A stretch of DNA of 64,000 nt from Eledone cirrhosa (Eukaryota), in the NCBI GenBank assembly GCA_964016885.1, contig OZ024741.1:42904001-42968000 (forward strand). Reading direction: 5' to 3'. The notes beneath the pieces are model-generated. The model had not been told where the DNA came from. It ran no database searches and was given only the letters and a program-made list of their open reading frames with translations. The translations under genes and the position numbers were made by a program. Numbering within the stretch: the first letter of the stretch is position 1; each line of letters opens with the position of its first letter. This document shows positions 46,259 through 61,084 of this stretch, one piece after another.

Positions 46259-47035
46259 GAGACCTAGCAGTTATTAAAGATAATAGTGGTTTGAAACAGA
46301 GCTTCTGGATATTGTATTTGACGTACAAAGTATGAATTACGGTGTAGGAGACTAAATTCCATGGCACATTAAAGCCTAAAATCATAATTATTGAGAAATG
46401 CTTCCACGTTTACACATTCTTTGAAGCATTAAAAAATTTGTATGAATTAAGGACACTTACAACGAGATTTTTTGTAAAACGATAAGTGGCTGAGAATATC
46501 ATAGGCTGACTATGAAGGGTAATGCAGCAGCTGTGAAATTTTACATGCATTAATTTTAACACTTCTTATTAATAACTTCAATGTTATCCCAGGAATTATG
46601 TCGAAAGTAAACCTCATTTGGCCATTCCATGAGAGTATCTTGGTAGGCGTATGAAATTTTCAGCCTATGAACATTTCAGCTGTTACGATATTTACGAAGA
46701 TGGAGAGGATAATTGAAATATATAGAAATATATTAATACAACGCTCGTATGTTAGCTACTAAATAAAAGTCAGAAAACAATAAGTGTGAACATTATAACA
46801 ATTATATGGAGAACCTTCCATTTAAGCTTAAGTACAGTTTAATAAACGTTGTTGAGAGCGAACCCAGAGGAATGTATAGTCGTACTTTAAATGATATCAA
46901 TTTGAAAAGTAGGAAAGCCATTAGTCTTCGTTAATGAAATAATAGTAATCTTGAAGTTACGATGTTTAATGGAAGTATATGTAGTTTTAATCAAATTCAT
47001 ATTACTATGCTCTATCTCTTTATTATTTTAAATCC

Positions 47036-47160
47036 AAATTTGCCGGTTTGTTAGAGCATCTAATTGAGTGCTTTGTGATATTTGTTCCATTACTCTGTAC
47101 TCTGAGTTCAATCCTACCGAGGTTAACTTCATCTTTCATCCTTACGTAGTCTATAAACAC
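47036..47160 (+). mobile_element. Degenerate SINE
   Basis: tctgagttcaatcctaccgaggttaacttcatctttcatccttacg. Confidence 0.65.
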
Positions 47161-47417
47161 AGTGTCGGCCCAGAGCGGTGGATCAGAGGTATTGATAGAG
47201 GATCGGATGCGACACTGTGTCACGATATATTGGTCTTTTCTTTGCTCCAACATGGGCTTCGATATATATATGCATATACATCAAAGGTATATATTGAGTT
47301 AGAAACTCAAAATAGTCTCTTACAATAAAATAGCTCTATGAAAGAGATTTTTCCGAGCCGTATATTATAATTGAATATCTGTGTTCGTCTTTCTTTTATA
47401 TATATATATATATATAC

Positions 47418-47524
47418 ATCATGATGGCAGCCCCCTCGTTATCGAGTATGGCCATTGCACGAGGGGAAAAAAAAGAATATTAATAGATAAATAAAATAAA
47501 ATAAAATAAAATAAAAAAAAAGAA

Positions 47525-47555
<31 letters not shown>

Positions 47556-50500
47556 CATATACATATATACACACATACATATATATACATACACACATAT
47601 ACATTAATAACAATAATAATAATAATAATAATATACATATACATATATATATACACACACACGCGCACACATAAACATATCTATACACACACACACACAT
47701 ACACACGATAGCAACTAACAGCGCTGCGATCGAATGTGGCTTTTTAGCCCAGCCAATGATCTAAAATGTCTTGCACAGAGTCGGCAACCAAAACATTCAC
47801 TGGGAATAGCCGGCTGTGGTTGGAGTTCATGTACTTTTGCATGTCGCTTGAGCTCTCCTGCTGATTTACATTCTCTACCACATGTTTGGCAAGCATGATG
47901 AGTAGCATCTCCAACAGCAGCCTGGTAGTCAACCACTGGTCTTACTTTATGACTGCGAAGATGACTTTCGAGTCCAGCTTTGCTTAGGCAGAGTCTCGCA
48001 CAGACGCTGCGTGTCAGCACCATAGGAGGACCCTCGCCGTCTGGAAGTGTAACAGCAATGCCCTTCCTCACATCCCGCTTTACTTTCTCGTATGCGATTC
48101 GAGATGCCTCAAAGGCAACTTTTCCCTCATATACAGTCTTTCTCCATTTATTACGATCAGCAGCAATATTTTCCCATGTATCAGCAGAGATGTTAGCGTC
48201 TTTCAAAGAGGCTTTCAAGGAATCCTTATACCTCTTTTTTGGTTTATGTGGCGGTCGTTTTCCTTTAACCAACTCTCAATAAAAGAGTTGTTTTGGTATT
48301 CTAGAATCCTTCATCCTGGCAAGGTGACCACTCCAACGGAGTCGTTGCTTAAGCACAAGAGCTTCTATACTGTCACACAGAGAACTTTCCAAAATCTCGA
48401 CATCACTGATGTGGTCCCCCCAGTGAACGCCATGGATCCGTCTGAGACATATCTGATGGAAACGCTCCAATTGCTTAAGGTGGTGTCGATATGTGACCCA
48501 GGTCTCGCAGGCATAAAGAAGACAAGAGAGCACACATGCCTTGTACACCTTTACCTTTGCCGTCCTGCATATGTCTCGCCGACCCCAGACTCGCCTTTCT
48601 AGCTTTCCGAAAGCATCACTTGCTTTCCTAATCCTAAGTGAGATTTCACTGTCAAAGTTGCTGTATCGATTGACAGTGCTTCCCAGGTAGACAAACTGAT
48701 CAACCACTCCAAGTCGTTTACCATACACATAGATATTTGGTTCAGTGTACTGTTTACAAGGGGCAGGTTGGTACATGACGACGGTTTTCTTGAGACTGAC
48801 AGTCAATCCTAGGGCAGTGCAAGCGTCAGAAAATGCATTCAAAATGTGCTGCATATCACTCACTGTGTGCGCTACAAGATCGCAATCATCTGCATACAAG
48901 AGGTCTCTTATGATTGATGTAAATACTTTTGGCTTTGCAGCAAAGCGCCTGATGTTAAATATGCTGCCTGAGGTTCGATATCGGATGTAAACACCATGCT
49001 CGCAATTCCTGAATGCAATACAGAAAACCATTGCAAAGTATATGGCAAACAGGGTCGGTGCTGGAATATATCCCTGTTTTTTTACTGAGATAGGCTCCGA
49101 CATGTTACCTCCAACATTAACCCAAGCCTTCATGTCGTCATGGAAAGACCTAACTAAAGCAAGGAACTTATCAGCGCAACCAAGTTTCTGGAGAACCTTC
49201 CATAATGCATCTCTGTTAACAGTATCGAAAACGTTTGTCAGATCGACAAAAACATGATACAGATCCAAACCTTGTTCCATGCACTTCTCCTGGAGCTGTC
49301 TAGCTGAAAAGATCATATCTGTAGTGCCGCGTCCAGCACGAAAACCAGATTGACTTTCAGGGAGAACACAATCTGTAATGTGTGTCAGCAGACGGTCCAG
49401 AAGCACCCTACATAAAACTTTCCCTACGACAGAAAGCAATGATATACCTCTGTAGTTCCCACAACCATTCCTGTTACCCTTTCCCTTGTACAAGACCACC
49501 ATTACTGCATCTCTCCAGTCCTCAGGTACGGATTCATTAGCCCATATCCTGCCAAACAAAGAGTGAACATGTTGCAGAAGTCTCTCACCACCATATTGTA
49601 GGAGCTCAGCATGTATGCCATCCATACCTGGAGACCTTCCACTGTTCAGCTTCGAGATAGCCACTGCAACCTCCACAAGCGTCGGAGGTTCTGCGAGAGC
49701 TACTTTCACAGGACTTTCTGGAATGAGATTGAGGAAATCTTCACTGACGACAGACGGCTGATTAAAAAGATCATCAAAGTGCTCTCGCCACCTTCGTAGA
49801 ATTCCTTGTGAGTCACGAAGAAGTTCTTTGTCATCCTTGCTGCGAAGCGGTGTCACCAGAGAAGAACACGGTCCATAAACCTCACGCAAGAGACTGTACA
49901 ACAGCTTTGTGTTATTGGAATCTGCGCAGTATCTCACCAGCCTTCTCACTCCTCCACTAATCGTTCATCTGAGAAAGACTCCGCCTAACACGTGATTTTA
50001 CATCCTTGAGTTCCTCACGCAACTTATTCCTCTCCTGTGGTTTTGCCGTCAAGTAGCGTGACAGAGCACGCCTCTTATCAGCCAACAATTCTTCTATATG
50101 TACATCATACTCATTAAACCAGTCCTGATGTTTTCTCTGCACCAATCCCAGAACACCTACATCATAAACCGACTTTTTAAGGGTTGGCCAATCCTCACCA
50201 AGATCTGCAGCCTGCATCTCTTCTTCCAATGTCCTCTTCACATTTTTATCCTTAAGACGAGCAGCATTCAATCTTTTGGGCAGGGCAACACCAGGAGCCC
50301 AGTTTTACGTTTAGTGATTAGTTTCACTTTTGCGCGTACCAGGCGGTGGTCCGTCCAGCACTCAGCTCCACGAAGAGCACGAACACACTGCACATCCTGT
50401 CTGTCACGCATCCTGACTAGGACGTAGTCCAAAAGAAGCAATTCCTTAGATGCAGGATGCATCCATGTGGTCTTGAATGTGTTCTTGTGTTGGAACATGG

Positions 50501-51240
50501 TGTTGGTAACACACAGATCCAGCTCCTCACACATCTTCAGCAGGAGCATACCATTGTTGTTACACTTTCCCACCCCATGCCTTCCGATTACATTCCATGT
50601 GTTAAAATCCCTACCCACTCTAGCATTAAAGTCACCAAGCACGATGACTTTGTCTGCTTAGGGATATTTCTTAAAACACCTTTCAAGGCATGGTAAAAGG
50701 ACACTTTTTCTTCATCGACAGAATTCATAGTTGGAGCATACACACTCACCAGGGTCGCATATCTTCCTTTGTCCAGCGGAATTCTCATGGACATAAGACG
50801 CTCACTAATACCTACTGCGAATTCTTATAATTTATTCACAAGAACAGTCTTAACAGCAAATCCTACCCAGCCTCTCTTCTGGTTCCTTCATCTCTTCCTT
50901 TCCAGAAAAATCTATATTCTCCACAAAATTCTGTAAGATGACCATCTCCAGCTAACCTCGTCTCAGATAAAGCCACGATGTCAAGCTCGTAACGTCGAAG
51001 CTCCTTTGCAACAAGAGCGGTCCTTCGTTCAGGACGCTCCAAGGAATCCCTGTCAAGCAGCGTCCGTACGTTCCAGCAGCCAAGACTAAATGCCTTGTTT
51101 GGCTCTATTACAATGGCACGATGACGAGCCGGCCCAGGCTGTGATAACCTGGGGCCCCTGCCCTTATTGCCAATTATCCTTTTTGTTCCAGAACCTAAAT
51201 TGCCAATTATCTCTTTTATATTGTTCTGGAACATCATTGA
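47418..51240 (-). mobile_element. RTE-clade LINE, near full length, decayed
   Basis: WNVRTLLD..PERRTALVAKEL..IVALSETRL, VYAPT, GDFNARVG, TDHRLV; RT NYRGISLLS, QSGFRAGRGTTDMIF, LLYADD; LRWSGHLARM..RIPKQL; C-terminal C2H2 motifs; 3' stem-loop at 47420-47460 separated by microsatellites. Confidence 0.92.
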
Positions 51241-51305
51241 ATTGGAATAATAATAATAAAAATTAAAAAAGTAATAATAATAGTAACAATAATAATAATA
51301 ATAAT

Positions 51306-54300
51306 GATTTCTTTATTAACCACAAGGGTTTACATAAAGTAGACATTAAGGACAGTGCAGGACAATACAGGACGGTACAAATGGGCATTTCTGCGTGTAA
51401 AAAACAAAAACAGAGGATGTAACAAAAAATACCAATGAAAAATTCCCCAGTAGGAGGGAGACTTCGGAGGGACAATTGTGGAGAAAGGCCAGTAAAAAGC
51501 AACAATGACCCTGACCACCAAAGCAAGTGCCCTCTCCCAGTTTTCCACCTTTAATTTACAGATATATACTCAGAGTAGGCCCATTCACTCGGGCCATTCT
51601 TGCTTCTCTCATCCATCTTTCAACAAAATGCTGGGAAGAGAGCACTTCCCTCTCTACTCTGATTTTCCTTTTCAAATGAAATTCGAAAAAGTCAATCAGA
51701 GCATCACCGAAGAGGTAAGTGCTCGTCTTCAGCCCTTTCAAACGTGTCCACCATACTATCTCTTTCGCCATGGTCACCAGACAGATAAAAACTGCCTGCC
51801 CTTCCCGTCTAAAGGAAGATGGCGGGGCAATTCTCACGATGGACTCAGCTGATAGCTGGATCCGTCCTACACGTGACAGCAGGTGTTCGACATAAACCCA
51901 CAAGTCAGCAATGCTCGGACACTGGACGAGTGCGTGCAGGACGGTTTCGTCGCCCTGTGCGCATCTCGGACATGCCCGGCTGACGGCACCTCCATGCCTG
52001 TAGAGTTTATCCCGAACTGGAAAAGCACCCCGGTAGCACTGCCAGGCCAGGGATTTCTGGAAGTTGTCCATAGGCCCCGGCCCGAAAGTCCTTCCGAAGA
52101 GATTGGCTAGTTGATTTTCCCCGATTGGTCGAGGGCTGTGAGCGCCTGAAGACATTCCAGTCTCCAAGCGCTCCCTCTCGGTCTTCGCTTGACCGAGGAC
52201 TGCAGCTCCGTCAAGGAGACGAGCTGGAGAAAAACGTGTCTAGCAAACGGCGAGCACGCCTGATCATCGTCGAGGAAGAGGTGGAGATATCGTAGCCTGA
52301 GCGCGTGTCTGCGCATCATCAGCCACGGCATGCCCAGCCCTCCACGTAGCGGGTGTTGACAGCAGATGGATCGCCTGACCATCGGAGCGCGTCCCTTCCA
52401 CAAGAAGCAAAAGAGCAAACGCTCCAGCGCAGTCAGGTGGGGCTTAGGACAAGGTACGACGGTCAGGCAGTAGTAGATGACGGACGCCATGTACGCGTTA
52501 GCCACCTCCGCTCGACCTTTCAGGGATAGCTTCCTCTCGGCCCATTTCTGGGTGAGAGAAGCCACCCTGCTCGTCACCTCGTCCCAGTTTTTGTCCGTCT
52601 GGAGGTCTGGACCGAACCAGACGCCTAGCAATTTAACCGCTCCGTCCGTCCAGCGCCCGACGACGCTGTTGGACGGCATGGACCTGCCTCTCCAGGTGCC
52701 GAGCTGCAGGCCCACTGACTATTTCTGGTTGATCATTGCTCCTGTCACCGCTTCGTATTCTCTTAGTGTAGTGCCGATCGCCTCGATGTGTTTGGCGTTT
52801 GACACCACTACGGTGACATCGTCCGTATATGCTGACACGGATCTTCCGCATCCTAGTTCGCGCGGGACCCCCCTCAACGTTTCCAGTTTGTGCAGTAATG
52901 GCTCGAGAGTCAATACGTACAATAGGGACGAGAGGGGACATCCTTGGCGGACCGAGCGCATAATGTTTAACGGTTCCGAAAGGTGACCGTTCACTCTCAC
53001 TACAGAGCAGATGTCGCTGTGCATGGCAGCGATCCAGCCTCTGAAGACGGGCCCAAAGCCAGCCGCCCTCAGGACTGCCGCTAGGTAACGATGGTCGACC
53101 CTATCGAAGGCTTTCGACTGATCTAAATTGATCAAAGACCCACCCGTGACGGGTTCCCTAGCTACCCTCTCTACGATGTATCGCATGAGGTGGAGGTTGT
53201 CGTGGATGGATCTGTCAGGAATGACGCTTGTCTGTGCCTCTCCCACCAGACTACCAACGACCAACGCCAACCTCTTTGCTAGCACCTTGGCCAAAATCTT
53301 GAAGTCTGTGTTTAGCAGAGTTATGGGCCTAAAATTATCTATGTTATCCCCATTGTTCGGATCCTTTCTCAGCAGCGCCACCGCTCCTCGGCTCACAGAG
53401 CTGGGAATTCTCCCGTTCTGTTGCCAGTTGCAGTGGACGTCCGCCAAGAGACCTCCGAACAAGTCTGGCATTTGTACGTAAAGTTCATAGGGCAGACCAT
53501 CTAAACCAGGCTATTTACCCCTTGCGCAGCCAGTCATTGTCTCCCGTACTTCAGCGGTTGTGATCGGCTTTTCGCAACACTCCGCCTCAGTGGCCGCCGC
53601 GGCAGTCCGTCGAGGTAGACACTAAAGTCCATCCCTCGATCCTGCCCGCCACTGCCTCCGAACAGTTGAGCGAAGTGTCGCTGAAAAGCTTCACACATTT
53701 CCCCGGGATCGAGTAGCATGCGCCCGTCGTGGTCCACCAAAGAACGGATCGTGGCTTTATTGCCACGACACGCCTCCGCCACTCGGGCCCATTGAACGGC
53801 TTTCGTCCCCTCGTGTCTGAGAGCACGCACCCTAGCTCTGACAACGCAGCCTTCGTGCTTTGCATTGAAGAATTGGTCAAGGGCCAATTTCGCCGCAAGT
53901 ACGTCGGTCGCGATGCCTTTGCTAAGCGCCTCGTCTAATTTTCTAACTAATTCTCCCTCTGCCCTATTTTTCTCTATTGCTAAAGCCTTACTAAACCTAA
54001 TGGACTCATTTCTAATTGCTCTTTTCAGAGCAAACCACCACTTGTTGTTGACGATGGCCCCCGTCAACGGCCGCTAAACTAGTTCGCTAATCCGGTCTCT
54101 GTAGGCCTTGCGCTGGTAAGGACGCGTTTAGCTTCCAGTAGCCGGGTCCTCGTCTATGAAGCCTATCTAAGTCAAGCACAGATCACGAATTTGTGGTCCG
54201 TGTAGCTGACTATCTTGAATTGTGGACAACCTATGCTAGACCTATCTATTTCCCTACAAAATACTCTATCTAGATAAGATCTGGATTACCCTATGCGATT

Positions 54301-57146
54301 TGTCCAAGTCCACATTGGTACATACGGGAAATCCATTCAGTATATGTCAGACAGTTCAAAACGCCTGAGCAGGTTGGTGAGACTCTTGCACCCTCCTTCC
54401 CTATCCACTAATCCCACACAATCCCAACGTGCATCTAAGATACCGTTCCAGTCGCCCACTAACACTAAAGAGCGGGACGTTCCAAGAAAGGTCTCCAGAC
54501 GCCGGAAGAAATCAGGCCGCCCTGCTCCTGTCGGGGCATAGACGGCCACTAACCTGAAAGCTTGCCCTTCTCCGCTGGTCACGTCCAGCACCATCAACTT
54601 ACCTTCAGGGTCCAGGAAGATGGCCCGTATGGCAAGATCCAAACCTCTCCGAAAAAGGACAGCAACTCCTTCTCCCGATCCCGGACGGCTGGGAGATGCG
54701 TACACATCGTAGCCGCCGAAGATCGGTGCGAAGGCCCGTGCTTCGGAGATTCTGGTCTCGCTGATGGCCACTACATCTATGTTTAGTGACCTGAGGTCGT
54801 TGAGCAGGTGGGCCTGCTTCCATGACGACCCCAAGCCACGCGCATTTATGCTGCCTATTCTGAGTGAGGTCATGTTGAAAAGGAGTGGAAAAGATGGGAA
54901 AGACCACTTACCTTACTTCTCGTAGGGGAAGGACGGTTTTTCCATCCTTTTCACTGCTTGTGGCCTCCTCAGGAAGGATGTCCTTATAAATCCTCCTGGA
55001 GAGTGCCTGTCGGAAGTCTCCGATGTCTCTGGGGAATTTTTGTTTTAGTGTCATGTACGTTTTCTGTGTAATGCGAGTGATTCGTATGTGTGGAGGTGGT
55101 GTGAATTTTTGGGTTGTTGTGTAGTCTTTTTCTGTGATGCTGGTGTTGTGTTGGATGTAGTGTAATAATTGCTTGTTGTTCAAATTTAATGCTGTGTAGT
55201 GTGTATCGTTTTGGTTGTTTTGTTTTGTTTACGTTTGTTGTGGGTTTGTTTCTGTTTCTCATTTTGGTGACTTTTGTGGTGTAGGTGATGTTGGTGTTGG
55301 GGTTAATGATGGTGATGGTGTTGGTGTTTTGGTTGATGGGGTTGGTGATGCTGGTGTGGATGGTGGCATATCTGTCCTAACTTTTTTGTTTGTTAATTTA
55401 TTTGTTTCCTTCTGTATTTTGTTTTTGGAGGGGGAAGGAAGAGAATTTTTTCTTTTTTGGTTTCTAATTTTTTTTCCTGATACCGTTTCCCACTCCTCGT
55501 CGTCACAATGTGTCTCCAGTTGTGATAGGCCGGGGAGTCGAAAATCCTCCACAGGCGTTAGTTTTGGTTGTGGCGTGGCGGATGGTGTAGGCGCTGGTGC
55601 TAGTTCTGAAGCGTTGGGTGGTGGTGGTGTTGGTTTTGCTGGTGGTGGTGGTGTTGGTTTTGCTGGTGGTGGTGGTGTTGGTTTTGCTACTGTTGCTGGG
55701 GTTGTTGCTGTTATAGTTGCTTCTGTTGTTACTGCTACAGTTGTTGCTGCCATCTCTGCTACTGGTGGTGTTGATGGTTGAGTCACTGGTGTGGGTAGGA
55801 GAGGTGGCCTCAACATTTTAGCCTGAGGGCAGAAAGCAATTAGGTGGGTTCCTTCACCACAAACGACACACCTAGGCCTTCTGCCCTCGACAATTACGGG
55901 GAGGTGGCTGCCGTCAGTGAGGTCTATTACCTCTGGGATCTCCTCAATGCTTTTTTGGTCCGCTTGGATCAGGAGCTCCATCCCAGATCCGTACCAGTTC
56001 TCCTGCTTTTCTTATGCTATTGCTATTATCTTTGTGTTGGATTCGATGCCGGCGAGGACGGCCGCTATTAGCCAGGGAATTTCGATGGCCGGTGGAACGT
56101 GGGTCACCCTGATCTTTACGAGTCTCTGACCACAATAGCTTGGGACGAGTGTGAAGTCGTCACTTCTTAATGGGGCCATGGAGTGTTCTCTAGCCTCCTC
56201 TGGTGTTTCAAAGAACACGTCCACGGTTCCATACTTCTGCCCACGTCTGATGTGGATTTTTTCTTGCCCACACATGTCCCAAAGTCTTTTGGATTTGGGA
56301 CTCGGATGCCCGTTCCACTCGGCGCGATTTTACATTAATTGTTCGATACGACACGATGCACAGGCGCCGATGCTCCATTTTATTAGGTGTGTGTGTGGGG
56401 GGGGGGGGGGGGGGCGGTGAGGCTGACCCTGTACCCATCTTTCTTGACCATTTTTTTGGCATTTTCTAATTCCTCCTGAGTTAACGTAAACGCTTCGCAC
56501 TGTCTTGCTACTCTGGCAAAACTCAGGGTGTTTTTTTTAATGTCATTGTTGCTGTTGTTGTTATCGTTATTTTTGTTATTATTAATTTTAGTTTCAGTTG
56601 TGGTGGTGGTGACGTCAGTGGTGTTCGTTTTGGAAGTGGAAGAGTCCATTTTGGTTGAAATTATTTCGACATCACGAGTTGATTTATTATTTCCTTTTGT
56701 TTCTGTTGTCGCGGTGGTGGTGGTGGTGGAGGCTTTAACACCTGCAGTCATTGGTAATGGCGGGAAATGAATGTCTGCCTGAGACAAATTTAAAATATTG
56801 CTACTGCTTATATTTTTTTTAGTGTTGGCAAACGTAGTAACATTTACGATGGTGGTGTCGGTGTGAGGTGTTAATTTGTGAGGAAGGCTTTCAGCTGCTT
56901 GGTGCAGAGGTGAATTAGCCATTTCTTTTTCAAAGAAATTTTTTGATAATGATAAAAGTTTAAATTTTGGGCACAAGGCCCCAATCTTTTTGGGTGTCCT
57001 TTTCGGAAAACAATGAGTTAACCCAGTTTCCTGAGATGCCTTCTCCTAGAAGAATGCCCTGACAAGGGCTAGGGTTTCTTCACTCCCAGTGGTTTAATTG
57101 CGCGATCGGGCATCCAGCCCGATTATTTTTATGTCCCCGTGCGCAA
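51306..57146 (-). mobile_element. Tx1-clade LINE copy T4, full length, decayed; same subfamily as T3
   Basis: Reverse complement aligns with T3 from ~40431 to the 3' end; AYTDD at the RT active site; tail runs into (AAT)n at 51245-51305. Confidence 0.92.
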
Positions 57147-57293
57147 AAAACAACAACAAAAAAAGTCACTTATTGACACTTATAGGTACGACATACACAC
57201 ACGCGCATACATACGCGCGCACACACACGCATACATACGCGCGCACACAGCAACACTCATACATACAAACAAACACACACACGCTACTCACTT

Positions 57294-57381
<88 letters not shown>

Positions 57382-57471
57382 CCGTCATTACTGATACAAG
57401 ATTACAAGATTATGACAACTGTTGACTTTCAAGAGTTTGTATAGTTGAAGCCGTTCGTATTACAGTCCAGT

Positions 57472-57815
57472 AGGCAGTATCAGTAGAGGGTCGGACGCCA
57501 TGCTTTCCAGCAGAGTTACGTCCCTTTACGATCTGAGTTCAAATCCCGCCGAGGTTGACTTTGCCTTTCATCCTTACGGGGTCGATAAAATAAAGTAACA
57601 GTAATGCACTGGATAATTGATGGCCTTGTGCCTAAAGTAGAGACAATTATTATAATTGCTTTACAGCATAGAGCTATGGCTCTCCACGCTCTGAGCTTAA
57701 ATCCCGCCGAGGTCAACCTTGCCTTTCATCCCCACGGAGTCAACAAAAGAGAGAACCAGTAATGCGCTGGACCAGTCGCTGGATCCGTGCCAAAAGCAGA
57801 AAAATTATTATTATT
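57472..57815 (+). mobile_element. Two tandem SINE copies
   Basis: 57472-57652 is near full length; 57653-57815 is truncated and more diverged. Confidence 0.8.
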
Positions 57816-58106
57816 AAAGTTGTTTTCTTAAGGCACGGTCGCTGGTGATGGTGATGGCAGTTTGGTGGTGGTGGTGGCAGTTGGTGTTGTTGTGTTGTGT
57901 GCGTGTGTGTTTTGTTATTTTGAGTTTTTTTGTTTGTTTGTGGATTGTTTTTTTTTTATCGTTTGATGCCGCTGTTGTTGTTGTTGTAAATGTTCATTTC
58001 AATTCATTCTGAAGCTGTAAACATTAGTGCCGGGGTTGTTGTTGTAGATGTTAGCGTTGAAATCTGGTCGTTTGACTGAGTGATGTATATACACACATAT
58101 ACATAC

Positions 58107-58142
<36 letters not shown>

Positions 58143-58770
58143 ATATAAAAGACGTAAAATAAGAAAATTTTAAAAAAATCTTTTAAAAATTAACTTACTT
58201 ACTTAAATTTTCACTCCAACTAATTAGTTTCTGCAATGGGATAAAGACAGTTACGTAATGAACTGTTGAGAATTTCATTGCGTCATCAGGGAGGTCTATT
58301 CTCAGCCAAGTCTCCAGGCAACGCGCGGACACTGGGGACTCATATAAAAATAATAATAATTCGGTAAATGGAACAGCTATCGTGGACTGGATTCCAAGCA
58401 CTGAAAATTCTCGCTGCCACTGGACAAAGGGCCGATTTTAAAGAATCAATCACGTGACACTGAGGCTACTCAGTAGGAATGGGATGGTAAGATGACAGAC
58501 GCCTACTAACACCCCCAAAATTTAGTAGTGGTTTTGGCAGGTTTGCTCGACAATTTTGTGATTTGGAGATAAATATAGATAATTTAATATATCTACTAAC
58601 ATAAGCGAACAGATGTACGCCGATGCCAGCAAATACACAGGTTATGTCATAGTACCTAGGTGGTTCAATGCAGGAGGATACAGAACAATAATATAAAAGA
58701 CGTAAAATAAGAAAATGTTGCTGGCATTGGCGTACATCTGTGCGCTTATGTTAGTAGATATATTAAATTA

Positions 58771-58775
<5 letters not shown>
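58143..58775. mobile_element. Penelope-like pseudo-LTR remnant with inverted segment
   Basis: 58577-58632 is inverted at 58718-58773; atataaaagacgtaaaataagaaaat occurs at 58143 and 58691; contains a hammerhead; (TA)n flanks. Confidence 0.6.
58214..58293 (-). ncRNA. Hammerhead ribozyme candidate, canonical core, extended stem II
   Basis: CUCC-CUGAUGA-C-GCAAUG[...ACAGUU..AACUGU...]CAUUGC-A-GAAAC-UAAUUA-GUU-GGAG; stem III is the palindrome AACUAAUUAGUU. Confidence 0.72.
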
Positions 58776-58809
<34 letters not shown>

Positions 58810-59419
58810 TCAACACAGAGTAGAGAGTTTGACAACAGGTCGATGACTGTAGTCTAGATAGGGTAATATCATGTGATGGTGGGGAGAGAGTGTAGACGTT
58901 ATTGTGGTGGCGGGGGACAGTGAAATGTATCTAGTTCATTTGTCCGTTTTCTTCTATTTGCAAAATTTGAATTTTAGCCATGTAAGTAAATGTAAAATAT
59001 AAAATATATATATACATGGTGGCTGCCAACTCGTTTTCGAGAACGGTCACTACCTTATATGCATGTAGGGGAACCCCTACCGATGCGCTGAGCAAGTGTG
59101 ACTTTTTAGTCCAGCCAGCGATTTTAAAACTCTGCTACAAACACTACACTTGTGACAATTATTGATACATAGTGCTGGGCCCATGGAACCATGTGATGAC
59201 AAGTGCAGAGAGATCTCCAGATATAAAGCAATGCCGTGAAGCTTTTATAGTGAGCAAGGGCACTGCACAAAGCCAGTCCCACTCTCTTAACCAAGATAAT
59301 ATTTACCAAAAAGAAGAACAAGTCAACATCATTGGATACCATCAGGGTTGCAGGTGTTATATCAGTTTTCCTTCTCCTAGAATTCTGCCTTAACAAAGGC
59401 TAAGGGGTCATCTCTCCCG

Positions 59420-60160
<741 letters not shown>

Positions 60161-60232
60161 AATCAACTTTTTAAATGGAAGTTGAAGTTGTAAGGTATGT
60201 CAAATCTATCTATTTATAAGACTGTTTATATT

Positions 60233-60305
60233 GTATTTTGTCTGATGAAGGCATACCATATTTTCAATATGATATCCCTGAAATATATATAATGAAATAA
60301 ATATC
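60233..60305 (+). ncRNA. Hammerhead-like motif, partly decayed
   Basis: CUGAUGA, a 13-bp imperfect stem II (AGG..CAUAU/AUAUG..CCU), GAAAUAUAUA, then AATAAA; stem I is weak. Confidence 0.45.
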
Positions 60306-60410
60306 GTTTTATAAATATAGTTTCCATTTATTTAATATACTTGTTGAGTGCTTTTATATCAGTTATAAATATTTACTCGTTGTAACCCAACAATTTAAAT
60401 AAAACTTTGC

Positions 60411-60453
<43 letters not shown>

Positions 60454-61084
60454 TAAAGATGTTACATGCAATCACAGGGGACTCTGGCCTCCCATAAGAC
60501 AAAATATTGCCTATACCACCGCCTTCGAAATGAATTATCCTGGTGGAGATCCTTACCTTCAAAAGTCATAGAGACCATTGAATCTCTGTACGTCACATTG
60601 CTTTATTAACTGCTGTGCTATTGGAATCATTGTGTGTGCCAAAATATTGTTGTGTCTTGAAATTATTTTGAATCAACTGGCGACATTAATTACATCTTTG
60701 ATACTAGCATAGGTTCTTATATTAATTATAAACTGAGTGAGCTGTTTTGACTTATATATGCTTGAATTACTGAGAATTGAACTCAACACACTAAAACTAA
60801 TATTGTATAATGTATGTAAAAGTATTGTTACGAGCAATTAAAGAAATTACGAATATGTGTCTTATCAACAATTAAACGTAATCTTATATCGTGAAGTTGG
60901 TAGATCCTGACAAATAAATGTCAGAAAAAGCTTGTGTATTGATAATTTTTGTTTCGTAGTAAAGTTATATAAACAAATAGAAAAAGAGATCAGTATTAGA
61001 AAGGACTATAAAGGAGAGGGAGTGCTAGGGCTACTACTCAAAGGAAGAAAATAAGGAGGAAGGAGAGAGGATGAAATACTCTAC

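Noticed and set aside
40431-57016. T3/T4 as 5.6-kb terminal inverted repeats of a composite transposon
   Set aside because: Each is a complete LINE with its own tail, independent lesions and a different 5' end; no shared TSD is seen.
60470-60610. LWPP-containing stretch as a Tc1/mariner transposase remnant
   Set aside because: The SPDLNP motif is absent and no TIRs are visible.
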